From Bacillota bacterium (lineage in GTDB: Bacteria > Bacillota > Dethiobacteria > DTU022), in contig JAXHVH010000004.1 of the NCBI GenBank assembly GCA_034189085.1, positions 21,821 to 85,820 of the forward strand: a DNA stretch of 64,000 bases. Direction: 5' to 3'. A program made the position numbers and the translations under genes. Positions 1 to 9,304 of the stretch are shown here, piece by piece. Each line of letters opens with the position of its first letter. Position 1 is the stretch's first letter. The notes under the pieces are model-generated. The model searched no databases. It saw only the letters and a program-made list of their open reading frames with translations, and was not told the DNA's origin.

Positions 1-297
1 AACAAGTTAAAAGATTCTCCTGCTGGCGGCCGGATTGTAATTACTGTGATCGGTCCCGACAGGGTTGGTATTATTGCTGCGGTATCGGCCATCCTGGCTG
101 AAAAGGGAGTTAACATTCTTGATATCAGCCAGACAATCATGCAGGAATTTTTCGTCATGGTCCTGGTAGCCGATATGACAGAGGCAAAGATTGACCTGGT
201 CAATCTTAAAGACATTCTGGCCCGCAAGGGTGAAGAGCTGAAAGTACGGATTGATGCACAGCATGAAGATGTTTTCAACTTCATGCACCGCATTTAG
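1..297 (+). CDS. ACT domain protein (UPF0237 family), 5' partial at window edge
   Basis: The reading frame is open from nt 1 ([29 protein letters not shown]...). The [15 protein letters not shown] motif is the ACT fold. It sits immediately upstream of a UPF0210 gene, the usual pairing. Confidence 0.7.
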   Translation, partial: NKLKDSPAGGRIVITVIGPDRVGIIAAVSAILAEKGVNILDISQTIMQEFFVMVLVADMTEAKIDLVNLKDILARKGEELKVRIDAQHEDVFNFMHRI

Positions 298-308
298 GAG
301 GAAGAAAA

Positions 309-1670
309 GTGCTGACAATTGAAGAAATCTTAGAAACGATCAAAATGGTCCAGGAAGAAAACCTTGATATTCGCACTATAACCATGGGCATAAGCCTGCG
401 GGACTGCAGTGATTCAAATTATAAAGCGGCCTGCCAAAAAATTTATGATAAAATAACGCGCCTGGCCGGTCCGCTGGTTAAAACGGGTGAAGAAATTGCC
501 AGGGAATACGGTCTGCCCATTGTAAACAAACGTATTTCTGTCACTCCTATTGCCCTGGTGGCCGAAGCAAGTTCCGCTGATGATTATATCGAGTATGCGC
601 GCACCCTCGACCGGGCTGCTGAAGCGGTGGGGGTTAACTTTATTGGCGGTTTTTCTGCTTTAGTCCACAAGGGTTTTACCGGCGGGGATATTAAACTGAT
701 TGAATCAATTCCCGGTGCCCTTAACTTCACTGAAAGAGTTTGTTCCTCGGTTAATGTGGCCACATCACGTGTGGGCATTAATATGGATGCCATAAATATG
801 TGCAGCCGGATCATTAAAGAGACGGCAAAACTGACGGAGAAAAACGATAGTATTGGTTGTGCCAAGCTGGTTGTTTTTGCCAATGCACCTGAAGACAACC
901 CTTTCATGGCCGGGGCTTTCCACGGTATTGGTGAGCCCGACTGTGTAATTAATACTGGAGTGAGCGGCCCGGGAGTGGTGAGGAGTGCCGTCAAAAAATT
1001 GGGCGATGGTGCAGATCTCGGAGCACTTTCAGAAACAATCAAAAAGACTGCCTTCAAAATAACACGCATGGGTGAGCTGGTGGGCAGGACGGCGGCTAAA
1101 AGGCTGGGTGTCCCTTTTGGCATAGTTGATGTTTCACTGGCTCCGACTCCTGCTGTCGGTGACAGTGTGGCTGAGATTCTGGAAGAAATGGGTCTGGAAC
1201 GCTGCGGTGCCCCAGGCTCAACCGCTGCTCTCGCTTTGCTCAATGATGCTGTAAAAAAAGGGGGGGCCATGGCTTCTTCTTATGTAGGCGGGTTGTCAGG
1301 CGCTTTTATCCCGGTTAGCGAAGACGCAAAAATGATTGATGCAGTCGATGCCGGTGCCCTGAGCCTGGAAAAGCTGGAAGCGATGACTGCTGTTTGTTCG
1401 GTTGGCCTTGATATGATTGCCATTCCCGGTGATACACCGGAAGAAACGATAGCTGCCATCATCGCTGATGAAGCGGCGATTGGTGTTTTTAATCATAAGA
1501 CCACAGCCGTGCGGATTATTCCGGCGGTAAACAAGAAAGTGGGCGATCGGGTTGAATTCGGCGGTCTCCTGGGACATGCGCCGGTGATGGCGGTAAACAA
1601 TTTTTCTGCGGAGAAATTTTCCCGCCGTGGCGGCCGTATTCCTGCTCCTATTCACAGCCTCCGCAACTAA
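309..1670 (+). CDS. UPF0210 / DUF711 family protein
   Basis: 453 aa. The N-terminus [30 protein letters not shown] is characteristic of the UPF0210 family. An RBS GGAGGAAG lies upstream, and the gene is paired with the ACT protein. Confidence 0.7.
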   Translation: MLTIEEILETIKMVQEENLDIRTITMGISLRDCSDSNYKAACQKIYDKITRLAGPLVKTGEEIAREYGLPIVNKRISVTPIALVAEASSADDYIEYARTLDRAAEAVGVNFIGGFSALVHKGFTGGDIKLIESIPGALNFTERVCSSVNVATSRVGINMDAINMCSRIIKETAKLTEKNDSIGCAKLVVFANAPEDNPFMAGAFHGIGEPDCVINTGVSGPGVVRSAVKKLGDGADLGALSETIKKTAFKITRMGELVGRTAAKRLGVPFGIVDVSLAPTPAVGDSVAEILEEMGLERCGAPGSTAALALLNDAVKKGGAMASSYVGGLSGAFIPVSEDAKMIDAVDAGALSLEKLEAMTAVCSVGLDMIAIPGDTPEETIAAIIADEAAIGVFNHKTTAVRIIPAVNKKVGDRVEFGGLLGHAPVMAVNNFSAEKFSRRGGRIPAPIHSLRN

Positions 1671-1720
1671 AATATGCCAGGGGAACGGGGAATTGACACT
1701 TGTTCTCCTGGCGGATTGGA

Positions 1721-2749
1721 TTAGATTGAGTTTGGCTCCGGCACAACCGGCTCAAATTTATACTTTTCTGTACTTTCCACAAGCAGCATCTGCTTTCCTC
1801 CATACTCGATCCCAGCGCATAGGCTGGTATCTGAGTAGATAATCTTATTGCCGGTCCTCTCTTTTAGTTCAACGTGAACTGTGCCCTGCAGGTTTTCCTG
1901 GACCAGGGGAACCATCCTGTCATCGCGCGGCCCGTTGAGGAAAATAAAATGGCCCGGACTGGTTTCAGTGTCAATGGTAAGGCTGTGCCTGGCATTGTGT
2001 AGATTCAGGGTAATATCGGTTCCTTTTGGGATTATATCAACACTGCTCTTATTCATTGTCGTGAATTCAAAGAAGGTTTGGTTCACGAAGAGGCCGACCA
2101 GGAATCCCCTGAAGCTGGTAAAGAGAAAAGGTATATGACCAACTGAACAGCTCAGGGAAGCGCGCTCTTTACCGAAATGGTTGCACTGGATCCAGACCCA
2201 GGAAAAAGGGAATGAAGAACCCCATTTTTTCTCGATGTAGCCCCTGCCGCCGTCAAAATTAATCTTTTCACCATTGATAACAAGGATTCCTCTGAGATCG
2301 AAATCCATAGAGCAAACCTGGCTGTAACACTGCATCCTGGGAATATAGTTGTAAAAGCCCATGCTGCCGGGGTTGATAATGCTGTCCGGCCAGTTCAAAT
2401 GGTTGTCAAACCCGAGCTGACCGCTTAAAATAATGTTTGGCCTGTCCAGGGTCAGGCTGATCCCTGCCGTTCCGAACCTGCTGCTGCCAACTGTTATATC
2501 AAAGATATCTCTTTCTGCTGTGAAATTGGATGTGGGAAAGCGGACATAGTGATAGGTTCTTTTAACACCGTCAACGATCTGGATAAAGGCGTGCGAATCT
2601 CTATCATGGGATCCGAAAAATATTCCCGTAATAAAGGTAAACACCCGCTCCATTTTTTTATCGACCAGCTTAAAATACCAACCTTCGAAATAGCTTTTAC
2701 CCATCCGGCCATGATAGAGATCGGGGTAACGGAAACTTTTTAAGTTCAT
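1721..2749 (-). CDS. hypothetical protein, tocopherol-cyclase-like/CrtC-like fold (tentative)
   Basis: 342 aa uninterrupted ORF. The YFEGWYFK motif near the N-terminus recalls the tocopherol cyclase family. No other recognisable motif. Confidence 0.4.
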   Translation of the reverse strand: MNLKSFRYPDLYHGRMGKSYFEGWYFKLVDKKMERVFTFITGIFFGSHDRDSHAFIQIVDGVKRTYHYVRFPTSNFTAERDIFDITVGSSRFGTAGISLTLDRPNIILSGQLGFDNHLNWPDSIINPGSMGFYNYIPRMQCYSQVCSMDFDLRGILVINGEKINFDGGRGYIEKKWGSSFPFSWVWIQCNHFGKERASLSCSVGHIPFLFTSFRGFLVGLFVNQTFFEFTTMNKSSVDIIPKGTDITLNLHNARHSLTIDTETSPGHFIFLNGPRDDRMVPLVQENLQGTVHVELKERTGNKIIYSDTSLCAGIEYGGKQMLLVESTEKYKFEPVVPEPNSI

Positions 2750-2994
2750 TTTTCCCCTCGCTGTGTTTTGTGCCAGATCTTCTATCTATCTGTCACCTTT
2801 TCTTTATATTAATTGCCCGGGCAGAAAAAAGAAAGGGAATTATATCCCCTCAGACATTCCGTAAATAAATTTATTGGCAGCAGCAGCTGCAAACCGTGGC
2901 CTTCAGGGTATTTATTTTCGGGAGGTATTTTGTCCGTTTCATTAATGTATGGATTTCTACGTTCTCATGATACCATTGACATGTTTTGAGTGTA

Positions 2995-4437
2995 TTATTT
3001 TATCCCCGGATACTTTTCGCGCAGCTTTTTCTCCAAATCCTCGCTAAAACCGGGCGTCTGATGTTCAGCCAAAATACGCCGGGCCTCTTCGTGGGCTCTG
3101 GTGAAAGTGTTTTTACAGCCTGCTTCTTCCCATACGGTGCGCTGCTGCCTGTCGGCAAGCTTGGGGAAATAGAATTCGCTGCGCACGTGTTCCACGGTAT
3201 GCGGCTGATCCAGGAAATGGCCGCCGGGACCGATTTCGGCAATAATATCGGTAGCCAGGGTTTCTTTGTTTACCTCGACGCCTTTTACCGCTCTCAGGGC
3301 CATACCTACCGAATCATTGTCGACGACCATTTTTTCGTATGATAGGGTGGTGCAGAATTCTAACAGGCCGAATGCATCGTGAATGTAGTTGCAGCCCGAT
3401 AGGGCGACGACCATAGCCGTATTGGCGCTTTCATAACCGGCCTGGGCGTCCACCACTTTTGAGTCTGACATACCACCTGTTCCGTAAATCGGGATCTTGT
3501 AATACTGAGCCATCTGGGCGCAGCCGGCATTGATGAGAGCCGATTCTATACTGCCGGCCATGTATGTGCCTGTGCGCATATCCATGATGCTGGATGTGGA
3601 ACCGTAGAGGGTGGGGTTGCCCCGGTTAACCAGCTGGGCCAGAATTAAACCACCCAAAGATTCGGCATTGTTCAGGGCAATGGTCCCGGCCAGGGTGACC
3701 GGTGAGTTGGCACCGGCCAGCGGTTCGGAAGGAGTAGCGATGGGTAGGCTGCGTCTGGCTACTTCGATCAAGAAATCAGTGTAAGTTACTTCCATCAGCA
3801 GAGGGCTCATCATCAGGGTAATAAATGAAACAAAAGGCCGTTCCCTTAGTTTTTTGGCTCCTCCGGCGATATCTTCGGCCATTTTAATAACAGCTCGCAG
3901 CCCTTCCATGGTGTATATACCGCCCATTACATGTTTGGATGTATTGGCCAGGGCGTGGTAAAAGCGGTTTATGTCAACTTCTTCAGCAGGCACATCATTG
4001 GGATAGCAGTTGATGACAAAAAAAGCAATGTTATCAAGGGCATCGGTCATTTTGGCGAAGCCGGCTACATCCCTTACTTCGGTGCGCCGCTTTTTGCCTG
4101 TTTCCATGTCGAGCGTATTGAGAACCGTCCCTCCGGTTCCCAGGTGGACATTAGCCCCTTCCAGGAGGATGTCGTACTTTTCTTCCCGGCCGCATAGGAC
4201 TAAACTTGAGGGTGTAGAATCGACGGCATCCTCGATCATCGCCCGCGGAATCTTGACTATCCTGCTTTCATGATCGACGGCGGCGCCGCTGTCGGCAAAG
4301 ATCTGCCGGGCTTGCTCGTTATGCATCTTGATCCCTACTTCTTCCAGCAGGTAAACCGAAGCTTCGTGGACCGCTTTGACGTCAGCATCGCTGAAAACCT
4401 TGAAACTTCCTCCCTTGAAGTGCTTAAACATGATCAT
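2995..4437 (-). CDS. MttB-superfamily (trimethylamine methyltransferase family) non-pyrrolysine methyltransferase; putative quaternary amine (glycine betaine-type):corrinoid methyltransferase
   Basis: 480 aa continuous ORF with no in-frame TAG. Family motifs are present (GGxxT, PVTLAGT, AQ..NA, IHDAFGLLE, DQPHT). It is paralogous to the ORFs at 35969 and 43066. Confidence 0.8.
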   Translation of the reverse strand: MIMFKHFKGGSFKVFSDADVKAVHEASVYLLEEVGIKMHNEQARQIFADSGAAVDHESRIVKIPRAMIEDAVDSTPSSLVLCGREEKYDILLEGANVHLGTGGTVLNTLDMETGKKRRTEVRDVAGFAKMTDALDNIAFFVINCYPNDVPAEEVDINRFYHALANTSKHVMGGIYTMEGLRAVIKMAEDIAGGAKKLRERPFVSFITLMMSPLLMEVTYTDFLIEVARRSLPIATPSEPLAGANSPVTLAGTIALNNAESLGGLILAQLVNRGNPTLYGSTSSIMDMRTGTYMAGSIESALINAGCAQMAQYYKIPIYGTGGMSDSKVVDAQAGYESANTAMVVALSGCNYIHDAFGLLEFCTTLSYEKMVVDNDSVGMALRAVKGVEVNKETLATDIIAEIGPGGHFLDQPHTVEHVRSEFYFPKLADRQQRTVWEEAGCKNTFTRAHEEARRILAEHQTPGFSEDLEKKLREKYPGIK

Positions 4438-4707
4438 ACTCCTTTCAAGATAATGCTTTTTAACATCTTACCATTTATCCCATAGCATAACATAACGGTG
4501 AAAACATTAAAAGAAATTTCACAGAATCTTTGTTATATACAAGCATCTGATATTATATGTTAATTATCGAATTACAGATCATTTATCGTTTTCGTTCCGG
4601 GGGTTGTTCAGGGAGAATAATAAAATAAATCACCACAGGAAGGAACACTCTCTTAACCGGGGAATTTAAATAAAGCCGGTTATTTTATTTACTGGGAGGC
4701 TGCTTAG

Positions 4708-6042
4708 ATGTGTGACACCATGGTTGCCCTCGGCAATGCCACACTTGATGGGACAGTAATATTTGCTAAAAACAGTGACCGCCAGCCCAATGAACCACTG
4801 CTGTTGATCCGGGTACCTCGGAAAAAATATATTTCTGGATCAAAAGTAAAATGTACCTACATTGAAATTGATCAGGTTGCTGAAACTTTTGAGGTACTCC
4901 TGCTCAAACCTTCCTGGATGTGGGGGGCTGAGATGGGTGCAAACGAGTATGGACTTAACATTGGTAATGAGGCTGTGTTCACCCGTGAGAAACATGGATC
5001 TGAAGCCCTGCTGGGCATGGATATGCTGCGCCTGGCCCTGGAGAGATGCCGGAACAGCGAAGAAGCCCTGGCCCTGATTGTTGAGCTCCTGGAGAAATAC
5101 GGTCAGGGAGGTAACTGCGGTTATGAAAAAAAATTTTTCTATCACAATTCGTTTCTGATTGCCGATCCGTGTTCAGCATGGGTCCTCGAGACAGCCGGCG
5201 AATACTGGGCCGCCGAAAAAGTGAAGGATGTCCGTTCCATATCTAACCGCCTGAGCATCGGTTCCCGTTTCGACCGCAGTCATTCAGATCTGATCAAGCA
5301 TGCCATCGATAAAGGTTGGTGCAAAAGCGAGGCTGATTTTAATTTCGCCCGCTGCTACAGCGATCCCCTGATGACCCGCTTCAGTGGTTCACTGCAGAGG
5401 CAAAAAATGAGCGGTGACATGCTGAAAAGGGAAAAGGGACGGATCACCATGCAGACCATGCGCAGCATTCTCCGCTCCCATGAGGAAGGCCTGGAAGGGC
5501 AGCAGTTTACCAAACATTCTTTGAAAAGCGTCTGTATGCATGGCGGTTTTCTCTATGGTGATCATACCACCGGCAGCTATATCGTTTCCCTGCATGAAAA
5601 GCGGCCTACTTACCTGATCACCAGCGGTTCAACCCCCTGTCTGGCTCTCTACAAGCCTTTCTGGATGATCAATGACGAAAGCTTTTCTTTTAGAGAGGGA
5701 GAAGGTAAAACAGCAGTTAATTTCTGGCTGAGACGGGAGCGCCTCCATCGATTCGTTCTCGAAAACAAAATTTCTTCCCTGCAAACTTATTTGACAGAAC
5801 GGGATCTTGTTGAACGAGAAATCGACTGCCGCCTGGCAGAAATCGATAGTGATTTGGCGGATGAACCCCTGCTGAAAGGAATTATAACCGAAGCGCTGGC
5901 TGCAGAAGAAAAACTCCTTGATGAAACCTTTGCCCAAATCGAAAATCCCCGGCAGCCTGGTAAAATCAGGGGTAACCCTTATTTCCGCTGGTACTGGAAA
6001 AAGCAAAACGAAAAACTCTTTTCCCGCTACAGGAGAAGTTGA
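4708..6042 (+). CDS. Peptidase C69 family / Ntn-hydrolase (N-terminal Cys nucleophile)
   Basis: The N-terminus MCDTMVALGNATLDGTVIFAKNSDR parallels the C69 dipeptidase signature C-T-T-I-L-V-G-K-x-A-S-x-D-G-S-x-x-x-A-R-N-x-D. The gene is divergent from MttB. Confidence 0.55.
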   Translation: MCDTMVALGNATLDGTVIFAKNSDRQPNEPLLLIRVPRKKYISGSKVKCTYIEIDQVAETFEVLLLKPSWMWGAEMGANEYGLNIGNEAVFTREKHGSEALLGMDMLRLALERCRNSEEALALIVELLEKYGQGGNCGYEKKFFYHNSFLIADPCSAWVLETAGEYWAAEKVKDVRSISNRLSIGSRFDRSHSDLIKHAIDKGWCKSEADFNFARCYSDPLMTRFSGSLQRQKMSGDMLKREKGRITMQTMRSILRSHEEGLEGQQFTKHSLKSVCMHGGFLYGDHTTGSYIVSLHEKRPTYLITSGSTPCLALYKPFWMINDESFSFREGEGKTAVNFWLRRERLHRFVLENKISSLQTYLTERDLVEREIDCRLAEIDSDLADEPLLKGIITEALAAEEKLLDETFAQIENPRQPGKIRGNPYFRWYWKKQNEKLFSRYRRS

Positions 6043-6196
6043 TCGGCCGACGTAGAGGAAGGGCTGTCACACCTGTGCCGTTCTGTTTATGACAGGAAGA
6101 ACTTTTTCTACTTCTGTTTTGAATTGGGAATTTGAACCCGAATAAACTGTGATGGCCCCTCCAGCTGGAGTGCCGCATGCTGGAAATATTTAGTCG

Positions 6197-6225
6197 TGGA
6201 CAGGCAGGGCAACAAGTGTTATTAT
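6197..6225 (+). promoter_or_regulatory. sigma-70-like promoter for riboswitch transcript (TGGACA-17 nt-TATTAT)
   Basis: A -35-like TGGACA and a -10 TATTAT are separated by 17 nt. The promoter lies about 15 nt upstream of riboswitch stem P1. Confidence 0.35.
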
Positions 6226-6239
6226 AAATAAAATTGAAT

Positions 6240-6400
6240 ATTCTATTCGGGTGTCCCCTGTGGATGAAAAGGGAAACCGGTGCAAGTCCGGTGCGATCAC
6301 GTCACTGTAAGCACAAGCCAAATCCAGCAAGGCCACTGGTGAAAGCCGGGAAGGCGGAAGAGGCAATGAGTGTAAGCCAGGAAACCTGCCCGAATAACGC
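6240..6400 (+). ncRNA. Cobalamin (AdoCbl) riboswitch aptamer
   Basis: Conserved core AAAGGGAAACCGGTGCAAGTCCGGTGC...CACTGTAAGC...GTAAGCCAGGAAACCTGCCCGAAT. P1 pairs ATTCGGG with CCCGAAT. The B12 box and the GCCACTG-like elements are present. Confidence 0.8.
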
Positions 6401-6441
6401 GTAGCATTTTCCCCTTCGTGTGAAAGGGCTGGTTACTCATG

Positions 6442-6477
6442 GCGCCGTTTCAGGATCCTTTCGGTGCTTTTTTATTT
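6442..6477 (+). terminator. Intrinsic terminator (riboswitch expression platform)
   Basis: Stem GCGCCG/CGGTGC (one G-U pair), a 15-nt loop, then a U-tract TTTTTTATTT. Confidence 0.5.
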
Positions 6478-6487
6478 GAGATCAATT

Positions 6488-6520
6488 CCGGTCTTTGCTC
6501 TCTAAGGCCGGTTTTTTTTA
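6488..6520 (+). terminator. Second tandem intrinsic terminator
   Basis: Stem CCGGTCTT/AAGGCCGG (8 bp, one G-U), loop TGCTCTCT, followed by TTTTTTTT. Confidence 0.6.
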
Positions 6521-6768
6521 TTCAGCCGGCAAAGGTAAAATTGTTAATGTCCCGGAAGGCTGCCGTCTTTTTTTACTCCTTTTTTCGGCAGGCTGTTTAG
6601 CATAAACCTGTTCCGGGATTGCTGCCCCGTTAGCCTCTTCCCGAAAAGGGATGGCTGATTTGACTCAGGGAAGAGGCGGGGCTCATTTCTCGCGGAGTAT
6701 TTCAAGAATGGGAGACTGTTTTGAATTTTTATTGTAATTTTGTAATTAATAATTAATGGGAGGTTTTT

Positions 6769-7302
6769 TTGATGGAAAAAGGATATGTGCAAATTTATAC
6801 CGGCGACGGAAAAGGGAAAACCACTGCTGCCCTGGGACTGGGATTGAGAGCGGTTGGCAGTGGGCTCAGAGTGATCATGTTTCAATTTTTGAAAGGTTCG
6901 CCAAGCGGGGAATTAAAGAGTGTTACCATGCTGGGGGAAAATTTTGAGATTATTCGCCTTGCAGAAAGCAAAAAATTTTTTTGGACGATGAACGAGCAGG
7001 AAAAAAATGAATTGAAAAAGAACATGAAGGGTGAACTTGACCGGGTGCGGGAAGTACTTACCGGGGAAAAATATGATATTTTGATCCTGGACGAAATCAT
7101 GGCGGCAATCCATGGTGGATTACTATCAGTGGAAGATGTCTGCGTCCTGATTGATGCTCGGCCCCCCGGCATGGAAATGGTTTTAACCGGTCGAAGTACC
7201 CCGAATAAGCTTATCGAACGGGCTGATCTGGTAACCGAAATGCACTGTATCAAACACTACATTAACGAGAGTGTCTATGCCAGGGTTGGTATAGAGAAGT
7301 AA
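6769..7302 (+). CDS. cobO: Cob(I)yrinic acid a,c-diamide / corrinoid adenosyltransferase (CobO/BtuR type)
   Basis: 177 aa. The P-loop-like IYTGDGKGKTTAALGLGLRA is diagnostic of CobA/CobO. It lies downstream of the cobalamin riboswitch. Confidence 0.85.
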   Translation: MMEKGYVQIYTGDGKGKTTAALGLGLRAVGSGLRVIMFQFLKGSPSGELKSVTMLGENFEIIRLAESKKFFWTMNEQEKNELKKNMKGELDRVREVLTGEKYDILILDEIMAAIHGGLLSVEDVCVLIDARPPGMEMVLTGRSTPNKLIERADLVTEMHCIKHYINESVYARVGIEK

Positions 7303-7538
7303 GATTATGTTTCATCTATTTCTGCTGATAATGGAGGATGTTATATCCGGACCTCCAGATTGAACTATTTTTGTGGTGAAGGATTGATTTTATGAAACTG
7401 GAAGGTAACTGTCGCACAACGGCCATGGGCATAATGCGCGATCACTCACGTAAAATCTTACCCAAGGAGGCTATTGATTCCAAGAAGGGGTGAGATTATT
7501 TTTTACTGGTGCCCGCCAATATTTCATTACCGCTTTTG

Positions 7539-8300
7539 CTAAAGTTCCATGTGTGAAAAGCGGTTGCCGGCGAGCAGATATAGCAAAAAGATGAGCAGGA
7601 GCGTAATTGCCAGTGGGCCGGTCATTGTGGAAGGGCTTGCTGTGCCGTCGATTAAAGGCTTCATCAGGCTCAATAAAGTGTTGGGGTAAAAGTCGGCAGC
7701 GGCTGTTTCGGCGACTACCAGGTTAAGCAGTCCGCTCAAAAAGAAAATTACTACAGCCAGGCCTCCGGCCGCCAGCTGGCTTTTGAGAACGGCGGAGAAT
7801 GCGAAAGTAAGAGTGGCCAGCAGCAGGGTATAGGCGATCAAAGCAATGGTAGCCCAGATCGAACCGGCCATGGGGGGCGGGCCCATTAGTGTTATTGTGT
7901 AAAGATAGGCCAGGGTGCTGCTGATTATTAAGCCGATGATAACAACGGTGAAAAGGACAGCGATCTTGGCCGTAAGGTACTGCCAGCGGCCAATGGGTTT
8001 ACTGAGCATCCATCCGGCAACCCCTGTTTCCTTTTCCCGGGCCACAGTGCCCATGACCATGAAAATCAGGACCAGGACCCCCATCTGTGAAACGTCAGAA
8101 AGGTAGCTGAAAAAAGTCTCTTCGGGGGTGGGATGGGGCATCACTATTTCCACACCTTCGGCAAAGTGGGCCATAATTTCATTCATGTACTTCATCATCG
8201 GCGGGTCGAGCAGGGCGAAAAAGAGCAAAACCAGCAAAAATGCAGGATAACGAAAGCTGCGCCAGTTCCATTTGAATTCTTTTATCAGCAGAACGGTCAT
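7539..8300 (-). CDS. ABC-2 type transporter permease
   Basis: 253 aa with about 6 predicted hydrophobic helices. Its start overlaps (ATGA) the upstream ATPase gene. Confidence 0.6.
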   Translation of the reverse strand: MTVLLIKEFKWNWRSFRYPAFLLVLLFFALLDPPMMKYMNEIMAHFAEGVEIVMPHPTPEETFFSYLSDVSQMGVLVLIFMVMGTVAREKETGVAGWMLSKPIGRWQYLTAKIAVLFTVVIIGLIISSTLAYLYTITLMGPPPMAGSIWATIALIAYTLLLATLTFAFSAVLKSQLAAGGLAVVIFFLSGLLNLVVAETAAADFYPNTLLSLMKPLIDGTASPSTMTGPLAITLLLIFLLYLLAGNRFSHMEL

Positions 8301-9304
8301 GGATTGTCTACCCCCCGGCGGTGGTTATCATCAAGCACTCTGAAAAAAGCTTCTTCCAGATTTGTACGGTTCGGGGTGAATTCTGTTACGACGATTCCTT
8401 TTCTTACCAGGGCAGGGAGCAAATTCCCAGTCATGGCAATCGATTCTCCCGGTTTGGAGATTACCAGGAGTTTGCCCTGCTGTGGGCTTACTTCCCTTAC
8501 GGCGGGATTTTTCCTGATCATGGCGGCTGCTTCGGCCTGCTGGTCAGAACGAACGGCGATCAGGTACTGCTCCATGGTGTAACGGTTGAGCAGTTCACCG
8601 GTGCCGGCATCCAGCAGTTTCCGCCCCCGGTCAATGATGGTTACATGATCACAGACTTTTTCCACATCGGCCAGGATGTGACTGGAAAAGAAGACTGTGG
8701 CCCTGTTTCTGAGCCTGGAAATGATTTCAAGAACCCTGTGGCGGCCTTCGGGGTCGAGAGCGGAGACCGGTTCATCAAGGATCAACAGTTCCGGTTCGGG
8801 CAGAAGGACGGCGGCTATACCGAGGCGTTGCTGCATGCCCCGCGAGTAGGTGCTGACCCGGCGGTTGGCGGCATCGTCAAGCTGGAAATGTTTTAAGAGG
8901 CGATCAATTCGTGTTTGACTCAGGTTTTGGTCTACCCTGTAGATGCTGGCAACCAGCGTAAGCGCTTCTTTCCCGGTCAATCCTTCGGGGAAGACTGGAT
9001 CCTGTGGCAGGTAGGTGGTATAGCGCAGGTAATCCAATTTTTGGCCAAACTTGAGCGGCATGCCGAGAACACTGACTTCACCGGCATCGGCGGCAATCAA
9101 TCCAAGGATAATTTTTATGGTCGTGGTTTTTCCGGCGCCATTGGGCCCGAGGAAGCCGTGGATGCTGCCCCGCCTGACTTTAAAATCTATACCCCTGAGA
9201 GCGGGGTGTTGGCCAAACTGCTTCACCAGCCCGCTGACAAAGATGGCAGTTCCTTTAATCTTATTCCTCTCCCCTGCCGAATACCAGGTAGATAATCGGC
9301 CCAA
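8297..9304 (-). CDS. ABC transporter ATP-binding protein
   Basis: Walker A GPNGAGKTT, signature YSRGMQQR, and Walker B LLILDEP are all present. The called start is TTG and overlaps the upstream PLDc_N gene by 44 nt, so the true start is probably internal and non-ATG. Confidence 0.8.
   Translation of the reverse strand: MGRLSTWYSAGERNKIKGTAIFVSGLVKQFGQHPALRGIDFKVRRGSIHGFLGPNGAGKTTTIKIILGLIAADAGEVSVLGMPLKFGQKLDYLRYTTYLPQDPVFPEGLTGKEALTLVASIYRVDQNLSQTRIDRLLKHFQLDDAANRRVSTYSRGMQQRLGIAAVLLPEPELLILDEPVSALDPEGRHRVLEIISRLRNRATVFFSSHILADVEKVCDHVTIIDRGRKLLDAGTGELLNRYTMEQYLIAVRSDQQAEAAAMIRKNPAVREVSPQQGKLLVISKPGESIAMTGNLLPALVRKGIVVTEFTPNRTNLEEAFFRVLDDNHRRGVDNP

Noticed and set aside
584-1655. Antisense ORFs (584-1270, 1280-1462, 1296-1655 on the minus strand) inside the UPF0210 gene
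   Set aside because: They are entirely embedded opposite a well-supported CDS, and their low-complexity Ala/Pro/Ser-rich translations are typical of GC-biased antisense frames. Treated as spurious, as are similar antisense ORFs at 16571-17185, 36340-37426, 39456-40088 and 43234-43716.
2995-4437. Possible pyrrolysine (in-frame amber) in MttB homologs
   Set aside because: All three MttB-family ORFs are continuous with no internal TAG. They belong to the non-Pyl branch, so no pylTSBCD context is expected.
6544-6885. 113-aa minus-strand ORF spanning the riboswitch terminators and the cobO start
   Set aside because: It overlaps two intrinsic terminators and the 5' end of cobO. It has no RBS and its composition is low-complexity. 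Considered non-coding.
7330-7372. Hairpin GGAGG...CCTCC after cobO as a terminator
   Set aside because: The stem is only 5 bp with a 14-nt loop and a weak U-tract, which is insufficient to call.
7530-7563. 8-bp stem hairpin (CCGCTTTT...AAAAGCGG) spanning the ABC-2 permease stop codon
   Set aside because: There is no U-tract on either strand and it overlaps coding sequence. Likely fortuitous.
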